A stretch of 64,000 bases of DNA, taken from the NCBI GenBank assembly GCA_963827655.1, contig CAWHCF010000037.1:1-64000 (forward strand). The letters are read 5' to 3'. Below are positions 1-11,035 of this stretch, piece by piece. The notes beneath the pieces were generated by a model. That model was not told where the DNA came from. It made no database searches and was given only the letters and a program-made list of their open reading frames with translations. Source of the DNA: an uncultured Acidobacteriota bacterium (GTDB lineage: Bacteria; Acidobacteriota; UBA6911). Each line of letters begins with the position of its first letter. Positions within the stretch are counted from its first letter, which is position 1. The position numbers were made by a program, and so were the translations under genes.

Positions 1-237
1 CTTTGCGGTCGATAGCCTTTGTCGAAAGCGGTCACGAAAGTTCGCCCGCGGGCGGGCCATCGGGCGAATCGGCAGATCTTGAAACCCGCTTCTGTTTAGA
101 AGCGAACGACAGACGCGACGTCTCGGGTTAGCTAGGCCCGCGAACCGGTACGCATCGCACTCGGCGGCGAGCACGTATGTTGCGCGGCCCTCGCGGCGAC
201 GTCCGCCTATAGTTGGCCCCATTACGAGGAGATCAAC

Positions 238-1017
238 ATGCCAGCGATTCTCAGCCAGGTGGAGGGCTTCGTCGGAACGATCACCCTCAATCATCCGAAG
301 AAGCGAAATGCGCTGAGCGAGCATTTGGTCGATGGCATCATCGCGGCGCTCGAGGACTTCAAGGCCCGCAACGTGCGCGTAGTCATCCTGCGCGCGCTCC
401 CCGGATCCGGGGTGTGGTCAGCCGGGCATAACGTCGAAGAATTGCCGGAGGCCCGCCGCGACCCCCTTGGCTGGGACGATCCACTGCGCAACCTGATTCG
501 CCAGATCGAAAACTTTCCAAGGCCGGTGATCGCGATGATCGAGGGGACCGTCTGGGGCGGGGCCTGCGAAACCGCGTTCGCCTGCGACCTGATCGTCGCT
601 GCACCGGCCACCACGTTCGCCGTGACCCCGGCCAAACTCGGCGTGCCCTACAACGTGAGCGGCATGATGACGTTCCTTAATGCGGCGAGTCTCCGGATCG
701 TCAAGGAGCTGGCTTTCACCGCCAGGCCTTTAAGTGCTGAGCGCGCGGAGCGCCTCGGCATCATCAACCATGTCGTGCCCGCTGACGCACTAGAAGCATT
801 CACCTACGACCTGGCCGAAGACATCGCGGCGTTGGCGCCCCTGTCGATCGCCGTGATGAAGGAACAGTTGCGCATCCTCGCCGGGGCTCGCCCGATGTCG
901 CCGCAGGGGTTCGAACGCGTCCAGGGACTGCGCCGGGTCGTCTACGACAGCGAGGACTACCAAGAGGGCATTCGCGCGTTCAAGGAGAAGCGGAAGCCGC
1001 AATTCAAGGGCAACTGA
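238..1017 (+). CDS. scpB: Methylmalonyl-CoA decarboxylase (crotonase superfamily)
   Basis: Motifs SAGH..ELP..RDPL.WDDPLR, VWGGA, LGVPYN and ER.QGLRR.VYDSEDYQEG..AF.EKRKP.F match E. coli ScpB/YgfG as I recall it; GAGGAG RBS upstream. Confidence 0.9.
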   Translation: MPAILSQVEGFVGTITLNHPKKRNALSEHLVDGIIAALEDFKARNVRVVILRALPGSGVWSAGHNVEELPEARRDPLGWDDPLRNLIRQIENFPRPVIAMIEGTVWGGACETAFACDLIVAAPATTFAVTPAKLGVPYNVSGMMTFLNAASLRIVKELAFTARPLSAERAERLGIINHVVPADALEAFTYDLAEDIAALAPLSIAVMKEQLRILAGARPMSPQGFERVQGLRRVVYDSEDYQEGIRAFKEKRKPQFKGN

Positions 1018-1158
1018 GCAAGTACGCAAGCGGTCGCGGGCGCGCCGCCGTAGCGCGCGAGAATCGCGGACTCCGCGGGCGGCCCTCGGGTTACAACGCG
1101 AGATTGTGTCCGCTATGAGGCTGATTAAGCGATCGACATCAACGGCAGTTCTTGGCCG

Positions 1159-1566
1159 TCAGAAGGCGCAGCATTCCGAGCTCTTTCGATCGGCAAGCAG
1201 GGCGATGGCGATAGAGCACAACAAAAAGAACGCCTGCGACTCAAGGCCGTAGGCGCCGGATCTGCTTAGCGTCAGTAGCTGTGCCGAGTGAGCTAGGCCG
1301 ATCGCCACCACCATGTTGAATGCCATGATCAAGGCAGCCGGGCGCACACAGACCCCAGCAAGGACGGCCAGTGGAGCAAGGACTTCGCCAACCAGCACGC
1401 CGTACGAGAACCAGGTTGGCAGTCCAAATCCTGTAAGGAGCGATTCGATACCGCCTAACCCATTCCGCAACTTGGCAACGCCGTGAAACAGCATGAGGCC
1501 GGCCACGGTGAAGCGCAAAAGCAAAACACCAGGGTGTTGACGAGAAATGTCGGACGAATATGTCAT
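1159..1566 (-). CDS. DoxX family membrane protein
   Basis: LLLRFTVAGLMLFHGVAKL, GEVLAP and MVVAIGLAH motifs; four hydrophobic segments. Confidence 0.85.
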   Translation of the reverse strand: MTYSSDISRQHPGVLLLRFTVAGLMLFHGVAKLRNGLGGIESLLTGFGLPTWFSYGVLVGEVLAPLAVLAGVCVRPAALIMAFNMVVAIGLAHSAQLLTLSRSGAYGLESQAFFLLCSIAIALLADRKSSECCAF

Positions 1567-1843
1567 CGAAGGAAGACTGCGATAGGCGTGACTGGGAGAT
1601 TGTGCCGAAGTCCCCTGACCGCTATCGGGCCAGTCGACGGACAGGACAGAACGGCTGGTGTTGACCGGGAGCCGAGTTCTCGCGGTGCTGACGGCGGCAA
1701 CTTGGCCGACAGGCGCCGATCTACAGCGGCATGCGACCGTGACCCTTCCTCGCCCGCGGCGCGCAAGTGCCTTCACACGGCGACTGCGGTATGTTCAGGT
1801 TCCGGCCCGTGGCCGAATCCGCCGCGTGGCATCGCAATACCGC

Positions 1844-2896
1844 ATGAAGAACCGCCGTTCGCTGCTTGCCGTGCCTGCCCTCGTGGCCGCCTTTGTTGTC
1901 GCCATGCCTGAGCTCCACGCACAGACGCCCACCGCCGCCCGAGCGGCGCAGCGCCTGATCGAGGCCACCGCGCCGGCGCAGCGCGGAGAGTTGTTGCTGC
2001 CGTTCACTGAAGCGGTCCGCAGCGACTGGCACTACACGCCGCGCCGGCGCGACGGCTTGGCCTGGAAGGCCATGTCGACTGCGCAACGCGAGGCGACCAC
2101 GGCTTTGCTGCGCACGGCACTGAATGAGCGCGGCCTGGACAAGGTGCGCGCCGTGATGGCGCTGGAGATCACGCTGCGCCAGCTGGAGGCCTTCGGCCTT
2201 TCGCGCGACCCCGAGAACTACGCGCTCGCCATTTATGGCGAGCCGGGCGTCGGCGGCTGGGGCTGGCGCATCGAGGGTCACCACCTCTCGCTGCACTTCA
2301 GCCTCGAGGGCAACCGCTACGTGTCGACGCTGCCTCAGTTTTTCGGTGCGAACCCGGCCGTGGTGCCGCGCGACGTAGGTGGCGGCGCACCGCGCGAGGG
2401 GTTTCGGCTGCTCGGCAGCGAGGAGGACCTGGCCCGTCAGTGGCTCACGAGCCTCACTCCGCCTCAGCGGGCGCGCGCGATCTTCGACACGCGACCCTTT
2501 GGTGACATCGTCAGCCGCAACGCTACCCGTGCACGGCCGCTGGATGCCGTGGGGCTGCCTTTCGCGGAGATGGACACCGCCCAACAGGCACAAGTACTGA
2601 AACTGATCGGCGCGTTCGCCGATCACCTCCAGCCTGAGCTCACCCAGGCGCGCCTCGCGCGTGTGCGCGCGGCTCCACTCGATTCGATCCAAGTCGGCTG
2701 GGCTGGATCGGATCAGCCGCGTCAGCCGCACTACTTTCGCATCCAGGGCGCGAACTTCCTCATCGAGTTCGACAACTCGGGCGGCAACCACATCCACTCG
2801 GTGTGGCGCGACTTCGAAGGCGATTTCGGCCGCGACGTGCTGCGTGACCACTACCGCGGCGCGGAGGGCACCGCGCATCGGCATGGCAGCCGCTGA
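1844..2896 (+). CDS. Exported DUF3500 family protein
   Basis: Signal peptide; WGWRIEGHHLSLHF, PQFFGANP and NHIHSVWRD..GDFG motifs. Confidence 0.85.
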   Translation: MKNRRSLLAVPALVAAFVVAMPELHAQTPTAARAAQRLIEATAPAQRGELLLPFTEAVRSDWHYTPRRRDGLAWKAMSTAQREATTALLRTALNERGLDKVRAVMALEITLRQLEAFGLSRDPENYALAIYGEPGVGGWGWRIEGHHLSLHFSLEGNRYVSTLPQFFGANPAVVPRDVGGGAPREGFRLLGSEEDLARQWLTSLTPPQRARAIFDTRPFGDIVSRNATRARPLDAVGLPFAEMDTAQQAQVLKLIGAFADHLQPELTQARLARVRAAPLDSIQVGWAGSDQPRQPHYFRIQGANFLIEFDNSGGNHIHSVWRDFEGDFGRDVLRDHYRGAEGTAHRHGSR

Positions 2897-3035
2897 GCGG
2901 ATGCGCCTGCATCCGTCGGGGGCAGCGCACACGGCCCCGAGGCAATCGTTGAGTAGCCACTGGCCGCTTCGTGAGCATGGGAGTTGGCCGCCTATCGCCG
3001 GTTCAAGCAGTGTGATAGGTGCTCGCGACTGGTCC

Positions 3036-3410
3036 TTACGCATCCCCTTCCGGGACAATGGCGGCGGTTTCGATCATAAGAATGACCGCCGGGTCCGGCG
3101 CGCGCGTACGGTGAACGACTCCTTTGGGTACGACAAAACCTTCTCTGGGTTGAAGGTCGACCGACCTGTCCTCCAGATCAATGATGAAGTGACCGTCCAA
3201 GACGAAGAAGAACTCGTCGTCATTGGCATGTTTGTGCCAGTGATACTCGCCTTGCATGACTCCGAGGCGAACGACGGATTCGTTGACTTGGCAGAGCGTC
3301 TGGTTGTACCACTGATCGGTGCACGCCTTGACCAGACCGGGCACGTCGACTACTGCTAGCGCAGGAAACTTGACGTCGAGGTGAGTTGCATAGGGATGAG
3401 TTGGTGCCAC
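3036..3410 (-). CDS. Cupin domain protein
   Basis: GEYHWHKH..DDEFFFVLDG and VVPKGVVHRT cupin motifs; GTG start after GGAGG. Confidence 0.85.
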   Translation of the reverse strand: MAPTHPYATHLDVKFPALAVVDVPGLVKACTDQWYNQTLCQVNESVVRLGVMQGEYHWHKHANDDEFFFVLDGHFIIDLEDRSVDLQPREGFVVPKGVVHRTRAPDPAVILMIETAAIVPEGDA

Positions 3411-3463
3411 AGAACCTCCTGCCACGAAAGCAAGCAGCCTAAACGCAGACGCACCGCTGCACG

Positions 3464-3727
3464 TCACGCAACACGGCTTGCCGCTTCGGCCGACGTGATG
3501 ACCGGCAAGACCTCAAAGTCGACGAGATCGGACCACTTTTCGGTCCACTCGTCGAGCTGGGCGCGGCCTTCACAATCCATGACCTGATAGCAACTCGCGA
3601 GATCGGTCGTTACCCAGCTCGCCACATAAGACACTCCTGGCGGTGCCAAACGCCCCGACTTGCGAAACCTGCGATACACCGGCGACGGATCGCCGTTTTT
3701 GAAGCGCTCGATGACTAGGAACAACAC
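3464..3727 (-). CDS. DUF3303-like small protein
   Basis: MLFLVIERF, YRRF..SGR, CYQVM and WSDLVDFEVLPV pattern. Confidence 0.75.
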   Translation of the reverse strand: MLFLVIERFKNGDPSPVYRRFRKSGRLAPPGVSYVASWVTTDLASCYQVMDCEGRAQLDEWTEKWSDLVDFEVLPVITSAEAASRVA

Positions 3728-3792
3728 AGCGCCTCCATCAATTTGTATCTGCTTTGGAGCGAATTCGGGGCCGGCTTCCGCCGACCGCTACT

Positions 3793-4019
3793 GGCCGATT
3801 CTGTTGAAGAACTCCTTTTTCTGCCTCGATGAAAAAATCCGAGGCTCGTGAAGGCGACGAGAGTCTCAGAACACGGGGGACCGCGATGCCCCACGAAAAA
3901 TTCAACCACGGTCCGCCTGGTGAACGTGAGCGCATCTACCAAGCGACATCCTTGATTGCACTGGCGTCAGATGGAATTTCGAGTCAGACCAGATTCCGAG
4001 TTTTTCAACAGAATCGGCC
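3793..4019. mobile_element. 227-bp MITE-like element with IS1182/IS5-like terminal inverted repeats and no transposase
   Basis: GGCCGATTCTGTTGAAGAACTC (3793-3814) and GAGTTTTTCAACAGAATCGGCC (3998-4019) form a 22-bp inverted repeat with one mismatch. Confidence 0.8.
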
Positions 4020-4129
4020 GGCAGACGCCGGAATTTAGGTAGTTTCGCCGGCGACATTGGGCGGCGTCGGTGGTAGCACAGCATCACGGCGGCCGCGCGA
4101 GACAAGTTGACTCCCAGGCGTTTCGCGAA

Positions 4130-5906
4130 TCACCGTTCGGGAACTCCAGCCTTGCGTAAACCCGCAAATAGGTGGGTCTCGCTCTGTTGTAACCAGGCCG
4201 GTTCGTTCGAGAGTTCCCCTTGGTTGAGATCAGCGATCGAGAAGCCCGGGCGGCTGCGCAACAGTGCGGCCTTGGCCGCTTCGGCCTTGGCGACTTCACC
4301 CTCGTGCCCATAGGCTGCAACGAGGAAAAGATGGACACCCCAATTATCCGAGGAGGTGCCCGCCGCCTTTTCACATGCGGCAATCGCATCCTTGTAGCGG
4401 CCGAGCGCAAGATACAACCAACATCTAAAAAATAGTGCACGACCATCGAGCGGATCCAACGCCAAGGCCCGGTCCAGTAGTGGCAACGCCTCGGCCGGCT
4501 TCCCGAGCAAGTTCATCATCCATGCGCGCTGGACGATGGGGTGGGCGCGCGTCGGGTCGAGGCTCTGCTCCTTCGAGTTCGCTTCGAACGCCGCCTCCCA
4601 GCGCCACTGCCATGCCAGAGCCTGAGCGCGCAGCGCCCACGCCATGGGATCGTCGGCGTCGAGCACCACGGCACGACTGGACAGAGCGTCGAGTTCCTGC
4701 ACGAGGCGGTCGCGGGCAGCTCCACCCAAAAAGAGTTCGGCTTCCAGGGTCCAGCCACGCCCGAGCAAAGCCAACACCAGGTTGGGATCGAGCCGCAGAG
4801 CTTCGTCGTACAGTTTGCGCGCCTCGAGCGCGCCCTTGAGCGGATCGGTCTCCTGGTCCAAGACATTGTTTCCTCGCAGTACGAGTTCCATCGCATCGGG
4901 GTGGATTGCAGACCGTGTTCCGATGCGACGGCGCTCGGCTGCAAACAGCGCCGCACGCAATTGTTGAATCAGTGGTGTAACAAGCGAGCCCGGGTCTTGC
5001 TCAGCACTTCCGCGTTCTAGCTTCACGCGATTGCTCCACGCCCGGGTCGCGGTGCCGGTGTCGATGAGCTGGATGTCGGTGATGAACCCCTCCCCCGCCG
5101 AGCGGACCCCGCCTTCGACGAGGTAGCGAACGTTGAGCTCTCGCCCGACTAGGCCAGCGTCAATTGCCTTGCCTTTGTAGGTCGAGGCCAGGGCATAGGA
5201 AACGACTCGGGCCCACCGGATACGCCCGAAGGCAACCGTGAGATCGCGCGTCAGGCTGTCGGCAAGCTGCGCATCCGCCGTGCCGCCGCTGGACGCCGCA
5301 AATGGCAGGATCGCAATCGAGAACCACGGTGCGGCTCCGCCGACAGCGGAAGTACCGGTCGTGTCGGCGGTTTGCGATGCGGGTTTCCAGTAATTCCATG
5401 ACAGCGTAGCCAGCACGATGAGAAGAATCGCTGCGGGGAAACGCTGCCCATCGCAATTTTCTTGGGGACACGCCGGAGGCGCCCGCCGGGCGGGCGCTGT
5501 CGCCGGTCGGACCCCTGGCGTCCGCCGGAGCAGCGGGCACTGGTGCTTCGACGACCGGATGTGACTGCGTGTTGTTGGCCGCCGCAATCGGGGGCACCGA
5601 GGACGCCTCGGCCTCCTCGGGCGGCAGCGTGAAGCGGTATCCCTGACCAGGGATTGTTGCAATTGCGTCCTGGCCGAGCACCTTGCGCAGAGTGCTGATC
5701 TGCACCTGCAGGTTGTTCTCTTCCACCACCAGCCCGGGCCAGACCAGGTCAAGCAGTTCGCCTTTCGTGACCGTCCGGTCACGCCGTTAGACCAGCGCCA
5801 ACAGTAGGTCAAAGGCGCGCGCGCCCAGCGATGCCGGCTGCCCATCGACCAGCAACCGTCGCTCGGTGAGCCGGATCTCACAGTGATCGAATCGGTAGGA
5901 GGTCAC
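4130..5906 (-). pseudogene. Winged-helix DNA-binding / TM / TolB-like / TPR one-component regulator, interrupted
   Basis: YRF..LGARAFDLLLALV*RRDR..LLDLVWPGLVVEENNLQVQISTLRK with in-frame TAA at 5787-5789; frameshift near 5440; SIAILPF, ELNVRYLVEG and TPRs downstream. Confidence 0.8.
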
Positions 5907-6059
5907 AAGTTGATCCGTATTGCAGCGGACGCGCTGCACAACTTTAGCGCGGAATCTCGATTTCAGGACGTTTCAGCCTTGACTTCAGGCCGCTCAAGGA
6001 CTGAAACGGGGGTCGGCCGGCACAGTGCGTCCGTCGTCCACGCCAACCCGGAGATTCCG

Positions 6060-6226
6060 ATGAACCGCTCCTTCCAGCCGACCTCGCCGCTGCAGCGTTG
6101 GATCTTCGCCGCTGCTGCCGTCCTGACCATGCTCGCGACCGCCGGCGGGATCGAGGGCCTGATCGCGCACACGGCACCGACGCGCCGCTCGCGAGCGCCC
6201 AATTCAGCCGATTGGCGCAGCGATAA
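6060..6226 (+). CDS. Small membrane/exported protein (one frameshift)
   Basis: GGAGA RBS; MNRSFQP..WIFAAAAVLTMLATAGG hydrophobic helix; divergent from the wHTH regulator. Confidence 0.45.
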
Positions 6227-6313
6227 GGCAAACGAGTCTTACAAGAACCTACCTACACAGCTGGTCGGCAGTCGAGGTCGCGACGCGAACACCGAGTTCG
6301 TAACCGACCTCGG

Positions 6314-7228
6314 TCAGTTCGGTGCTTTCAACCACGACGATGCTGGGTAGATGACGTGCCGGGCCCGGATCAGGTTCCCGGTGTTCCCGAGCACCGAATA
6401 TGGAATTCTCTCGCCCCACCGAATCGGGTCTCCTTCTCCGACCCACCGATAAACCTGGCGCGCCCACTCTATGGAAGGGAGCCACTGAACCGCCGTCGAC
6501 AGCGCCGCAACCAGCGCTACACCTCCCAGCGCCAGGAGAGGGATGATCCGGGCCCTCCACGGCGATTGCTTCCAATCTCGAAAAAGCGTGAAAAGCGTGT
6601 AGAAAAAGAGCAGCAGTCCTGCGTGCACCGGCGGCACATGGTGTCCGGCAAGAAAAGAAAGTCCGAGACAGGCTCCGCACCACAGGCTCCAGCGCAGGCG
6701 AGCTCTGGACGTTTTCTCCAGCAGAGCCCGGCGGAAAAGCAGCAAGACCAGAGGCATCCAGATAAAGCCGCTCAGGATGTTTACAAATCCACTAATCTGG
6801 ATGGTGTATCCCCCGAGCGCAAACGCAACCCCGGATGCGGCGGCGCCCCAGGGGGTGATCGCGAAGGAGCGGGCCAGCAGATAAGTAAAACCGCCCGCCA
6901 GAAAATAGTTCAATATCAAGAGCGCCTGGAGCCCTTCGAGATTGATTCCGCCGCCACTCGCCGGAAGCAGCATGAAAAGCCAATTCAGCGGATAGAGGAC
7001 GCCGGGCTGGAGTTCACCCAGGTTGGCCTTGCCCGAATAAACATAGGGATCCCAAAGTAGAAGACTCCCTTTCTTGAGCCAGTAAGCGGCAATGTTGAAC
7101 CAGGGGAAGGTCTGGCTGCACATGTCGCCTCCGGTAAGGAGCGTGAACTCCGGATGGAAGAGAACCTTCCAGAAAGCAAGGAGCATCACAGCGGCCAGGA
7201 AAACAAGCGGACGAATCTTACGGAGCAC
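6314..7228 (-). pseudogene. YfhO-like GT-C membrane glycosyltransferase, 3'-truncated
   Basis: Colinear with the N-terminal ~300 aa of the 7268-9993 paralog (LWDPYVYSGK, LYPLNW, QWLP..EWAR); similarity stops near 6370. Confidence 0.75.
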
Positions 7229-7267
7229 AAAACCTCACCGCGAAGACGCAAGGACGCAAGACCCGCG

Positions 7268-9993
7268 CTACCTGTCTCTGGTCAAGAGCAGGAACAGAGC
7301 CGCGCCGATCAGGGATGTAAGGCTGACAACCAGTCCCCAGAGAAGAGTCTTCGACCGAAAACGGAGTTCGATGGTGTGCTTCCCCGCCGGAACCGGAATC
7401 GCGCGCAAGACCAAGTCGCCAGGGATTATCGGGGCCGGGCGGCCATCCACGAAGGCCTCCCAGCCGGGATAAAACACCTCGCTCAAGACAACGAACGACG
7501 CCCGCCTCAGCTCAGCGACCAGCGTCATCCGGTTCGGTTCGTACGATGTTATCCCGACCGTGCCAGGTTCCGGTTCTTCCTGGGGAAGCGATTTAGCAAT
7601 GCTTATCGAATCGATCCAAGGGCTGACACGTCTCCGTCTTCTCGAAAGAGAGATGATAGTCAGCACGATCAACTCGACCCAGGTCCAGAACGGCGGTTCG
7701 CGGCCTCTCGGGTTCCAGCTCCTGGTTCAATGTTGCGACAAGCTCTGCTGGAATCGACGTCACCCCCTGCGGACCTTGCAGGGTCAGGGTTAGACCACAC
7801 TTCTCTTCGGGCGCTGCGGACAAGCCGAAGATCACGAAGCAATGCTCCAGCGGCTGGTCGGGGCGGAACAGGATCGCCAGTTCATCGCCGGCGCTCGCAC
7901 CCCAGGCCGGACGAAACACATTCATCTTGTGACGCTCCAGCTCATCCTTGAGCAGCAGAGCCTTTTTTTCTGAAGCAGCTCCACTGGTCGATACGTCGTA
8001 TTTCGATCCCATCACTCTCGTTTCTTGCCTCTTTCCAGAACCAATCGGGAATCAGGCTCATGTCCTGTTCGCGCAGAAGGACGGTTTCCCGCGGGGACAG
8101 AAACGGGCTCGCCAGCCAGCGGAGCAATTGTTCCCGGCTGGAAAAGACTCGGTAGCTGGAGGCAACAAAAGCTCTGGGGACGGCCTTCGGGTTCAGGTAG
8201 ACGGCATCTCCATCCTCAAAGATCTTTTTCATTCCGGGAATAGCAACCGGGCTGGCGAAATATCGCACATTCAGCAGGGCGGAGGCATTGGATGCAGGCC
8301 CCCAACCACTCCCGCGAAAAGCGAAATAATCCACCAGCGCCGTGGCGCCGTGGCCCATGGTAGATTCCAGCCTCCAGACGTCACCGAAGTTGGGAGGGAA
8401 AACCAGCGCGGGATCATCCACTCGAAAATATTCCGTCTTCCGCCTGGCTCTGAGAAATTCCACCGCCGGCCGCTTCTTCCAGATATTGCGCACATAGGTG
8501 TTCTGCTCTTCGGGCTCTCGCCCCTTTCCTGGAAGCGTGCTGGAAAGCTGCGAGGAGAGATCCAGGACAACCAGAGCCACAATCAAGCCTCGAAAAACCG
8601 GGGGCCGGATCGACCCCGTGTGCAGCATAAAAATCAGAACACCCAGAACCGTAAGGTACGTTGCCAGCGCGGCCATGCCCGTAATGTATGGATGATCCAT
8701 CCCCATACCGAAGCGAAAGTGGAGCAACACCATGAGCATTCCTGAAAACAAGACGAGAAGGGCTATCCCCCAGCCGGCCCGCCGGACGAACACCCTGAAG
8801 ATCTCGGCCGGAGCGCCAGAGTATTGGTCTACCAGGTAGTCGAGCCCCCAGCCCGCCAGCAGGGCAAGGCTCAATTGAAATGGAATCAGGTAGTGAAACA
8901 CCTCCCGGGCAAACCAGACGCCTGGAATGAAAGTATTGACCCAGCCGTGCAACGCGGAGAAAAAGCCCCAACTCAAGAAAAGGTAGAGAACGACTGCGCT
9001 CCGAAAGAACCACGCTTCCCTCTGGCGCGCAAACAAGAGCCCAACCAGCGCCAGAAAGAGCACAAAGCAACCGACGTAGATGCTTGTCCTGGCGCCGAAA
9101 TAGGGTATCAGCAGGGAAACGATGTCCTGGGGAGCGATGTTGCCCCCGTGCTGGAGCTCTGAGTACGGCACCTTTTGCCCCCAGACCACCGGCGGAGCAC
9201 TTCCAGTCCATCGATAAACGCCGCGGGCCCATTCCGACGCCGGCAACCACTGTAAGGTAGTGATCAGAACTCCGGTGACAGCTACGACGGCCAGCGCCAG
9301 AAGAATTCCGGTTCTCGCCTTCCAGGGGGACTTCCAGTCTTGCAGGAGGGTGAAGACAGCATAAAAGAGAAGGAAGAGCCCGGTGTGGATGGCCGGGATA
9401 TGATGTCCGGGAAGAAAGGTCAGCGCCAGTCCGATCCCGCCCCAGACTCCCCAGCGAACGCGCGCCTTCCAATGCTCCGACAGAAGCGCGCGACGGAAGC
9501 AAAGAATGACCAGCGGCATCCAGACAAAGCCGCTCAGCTTGTTTACATAGCCGAAGATATGAACGGTATAGCCGCCCAGCGCAAATGAAACTCCCGCGAT
9601 TGCAGCGCCGTAAGGCAAAAGACCGATAGACCGGGCCAGCAGGAAGGTGAAACACGCCATCAGGAAATAATTGAGGATCAAGAGGGCCTGCATGCCGTCA
9701 AGGTTGATTCCCCCTCCCCGCGCCGGCAGCAGCATGAAGATCCAGTTTAGAGGATAAAACAATCCCGGCTGCGGTTCTCCCATGTAAGGCTTGCCGGAGT
9801 AAACATACGGGTCCCAGAGAATGAGTGTTCCCTTCTTGAACCAGTACGACGCTACATCGAACCAGGGATAGTACGCGCTGGCGACATCACCACCGATGAG
9901 AAGGGTGAATTCTCCGTGGAAGATTACCTTCCAGAACGCCAGCATCGTCACGATAAGAAAGAAGACTGGCGGATATAGTTTCCGGCCCATCAT
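7268..9993 (-). CDS. YfhO-like GT-C membrane glycosyltransferase (two frameshifts)
   Basis: Multi-TM N-terminus; C-terminal VVLSEVFYPGWEAFVDG..RAIPVPAGKHTIELRF motif; ORF pieces 7942-10071, 7593-8015 and 7268-7672. Confidence 0.85.
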
Positions 9994-10024
9994 CGTTGAT
10001 CGGGAAATAACAAATGGATGCTGC

Positions 10025-10108
10025 GCGTTTCTTGGTGTCTTCGAGTCTTTGTGGTTAGTGCGGCGGAACAAGGCTCGACCACCAAGACTTAAGGACTCGA
10101 AGAAACGC
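10025..10108. repeat. REP-like inverted pair of the AAGACACG/AAGACGC ~9-mer repeat family
   Basis: GCGTTTCTTGGTGTCTTCGAGTCTTTGTGGTT ... ACCACCAAGACTTAAGGACTCGAAGAAACGC. Confidence 0.8.
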
Positions 10109-10988
10109 TAAGTGCCTTCTCAGTCTGGTCGTGCTCCCACCCTGGACCGCAAGCAGTTGAGCCAGCCATTGACTCTTCTTCTCGAACTCTTCCTCAACAA
10201 ACACCAGACGCATGTATTCCGAGAGCAACGGGACGAACCAATCACCCATGCGTCTGAGAGTTTGAAGATTGTCGGGATGGGGAAACGTACTTTTTGAGGG
10301 CGATTCCAGCAACGTAACGTACTTGCGATCTCCCAGGAAGGATGCTTTCAGACCCAGGAATCCTGCGAGCACGCCAAATGTCTTCAGCGAATAGATGCTG
10401 ATGTGCCCGCGATTGGACGGATCGATATAAGCAGCCTCAGGATCGTACTTTTTTATGTATTCCTGCGTCCCGGTATTTATCAGGATCTTACCCCCTGGTT
10501 TCAACAGGGAGCTCAGAATAGTCAGAATTCGCTTCGGATCTTCAAGGTGTTCAAATACCTCGATGCTGTAGATGGCATCAAAGTATCCGGGCGGATATTT
10601 CTGTTGCAGTTCCTCCAGACTCTACCTTGTGCAAATAATCCGAAGGCTCGAATTCGCCGGTGGGGTCTACTCCAACGGCATTGAGTCCTAACGATTCGCG
10701 CAGGAGCGTTACGGTGATTCCAAGTCCACAACCGAAATCGAGAATATTCCGTACGGCAATTGTCGAAAGGTACAGAAGCTCGAGGGCTCTATCGAAGCAA
10801 TCCTCGCGCTCTCTTCGGAGCGCTTCGAGCCGTTCCATGGACCAGTACTTGTTGTCGTAAAAAGGGGTCGTCTCTTTCCTGGTTTCGGCGCGATGAAACA
10901 AGAACTCGCAGCTCGAACAGCGAAAGTAATCGAAACCATCTTTCGTGAGGGTAAGGGCCGAACTTGAATTACAGACCGGGCATTTCAT
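10055..10988 (-). CDS. Class I SAM-dependent methyltransferase with N-terminal Zn-ribbon (frameshifted)
   Basis: CPVC..CSSC; ILDFGCGLG; LKPGGKILINT; GHISIYS. Confidence 0.8.
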
Positions 10989-11035
10989 CCGAATGATTTC
11001 CTTGCGTCCAAGCAGCGGCAAACGGAAGAAACAGG

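Noticed and set aside
1100-4060. Integron cassette array
   Set aside because: No intI, no clear RYYYAAC..GTTRRRY attC boxes, and genes in mixed orientation
5787-5789. In-frame stop as a recoding site
   Set aside because: It is TAA at an expected Glu position with no SECIS-like hairpin, unlike the TGA at 48928
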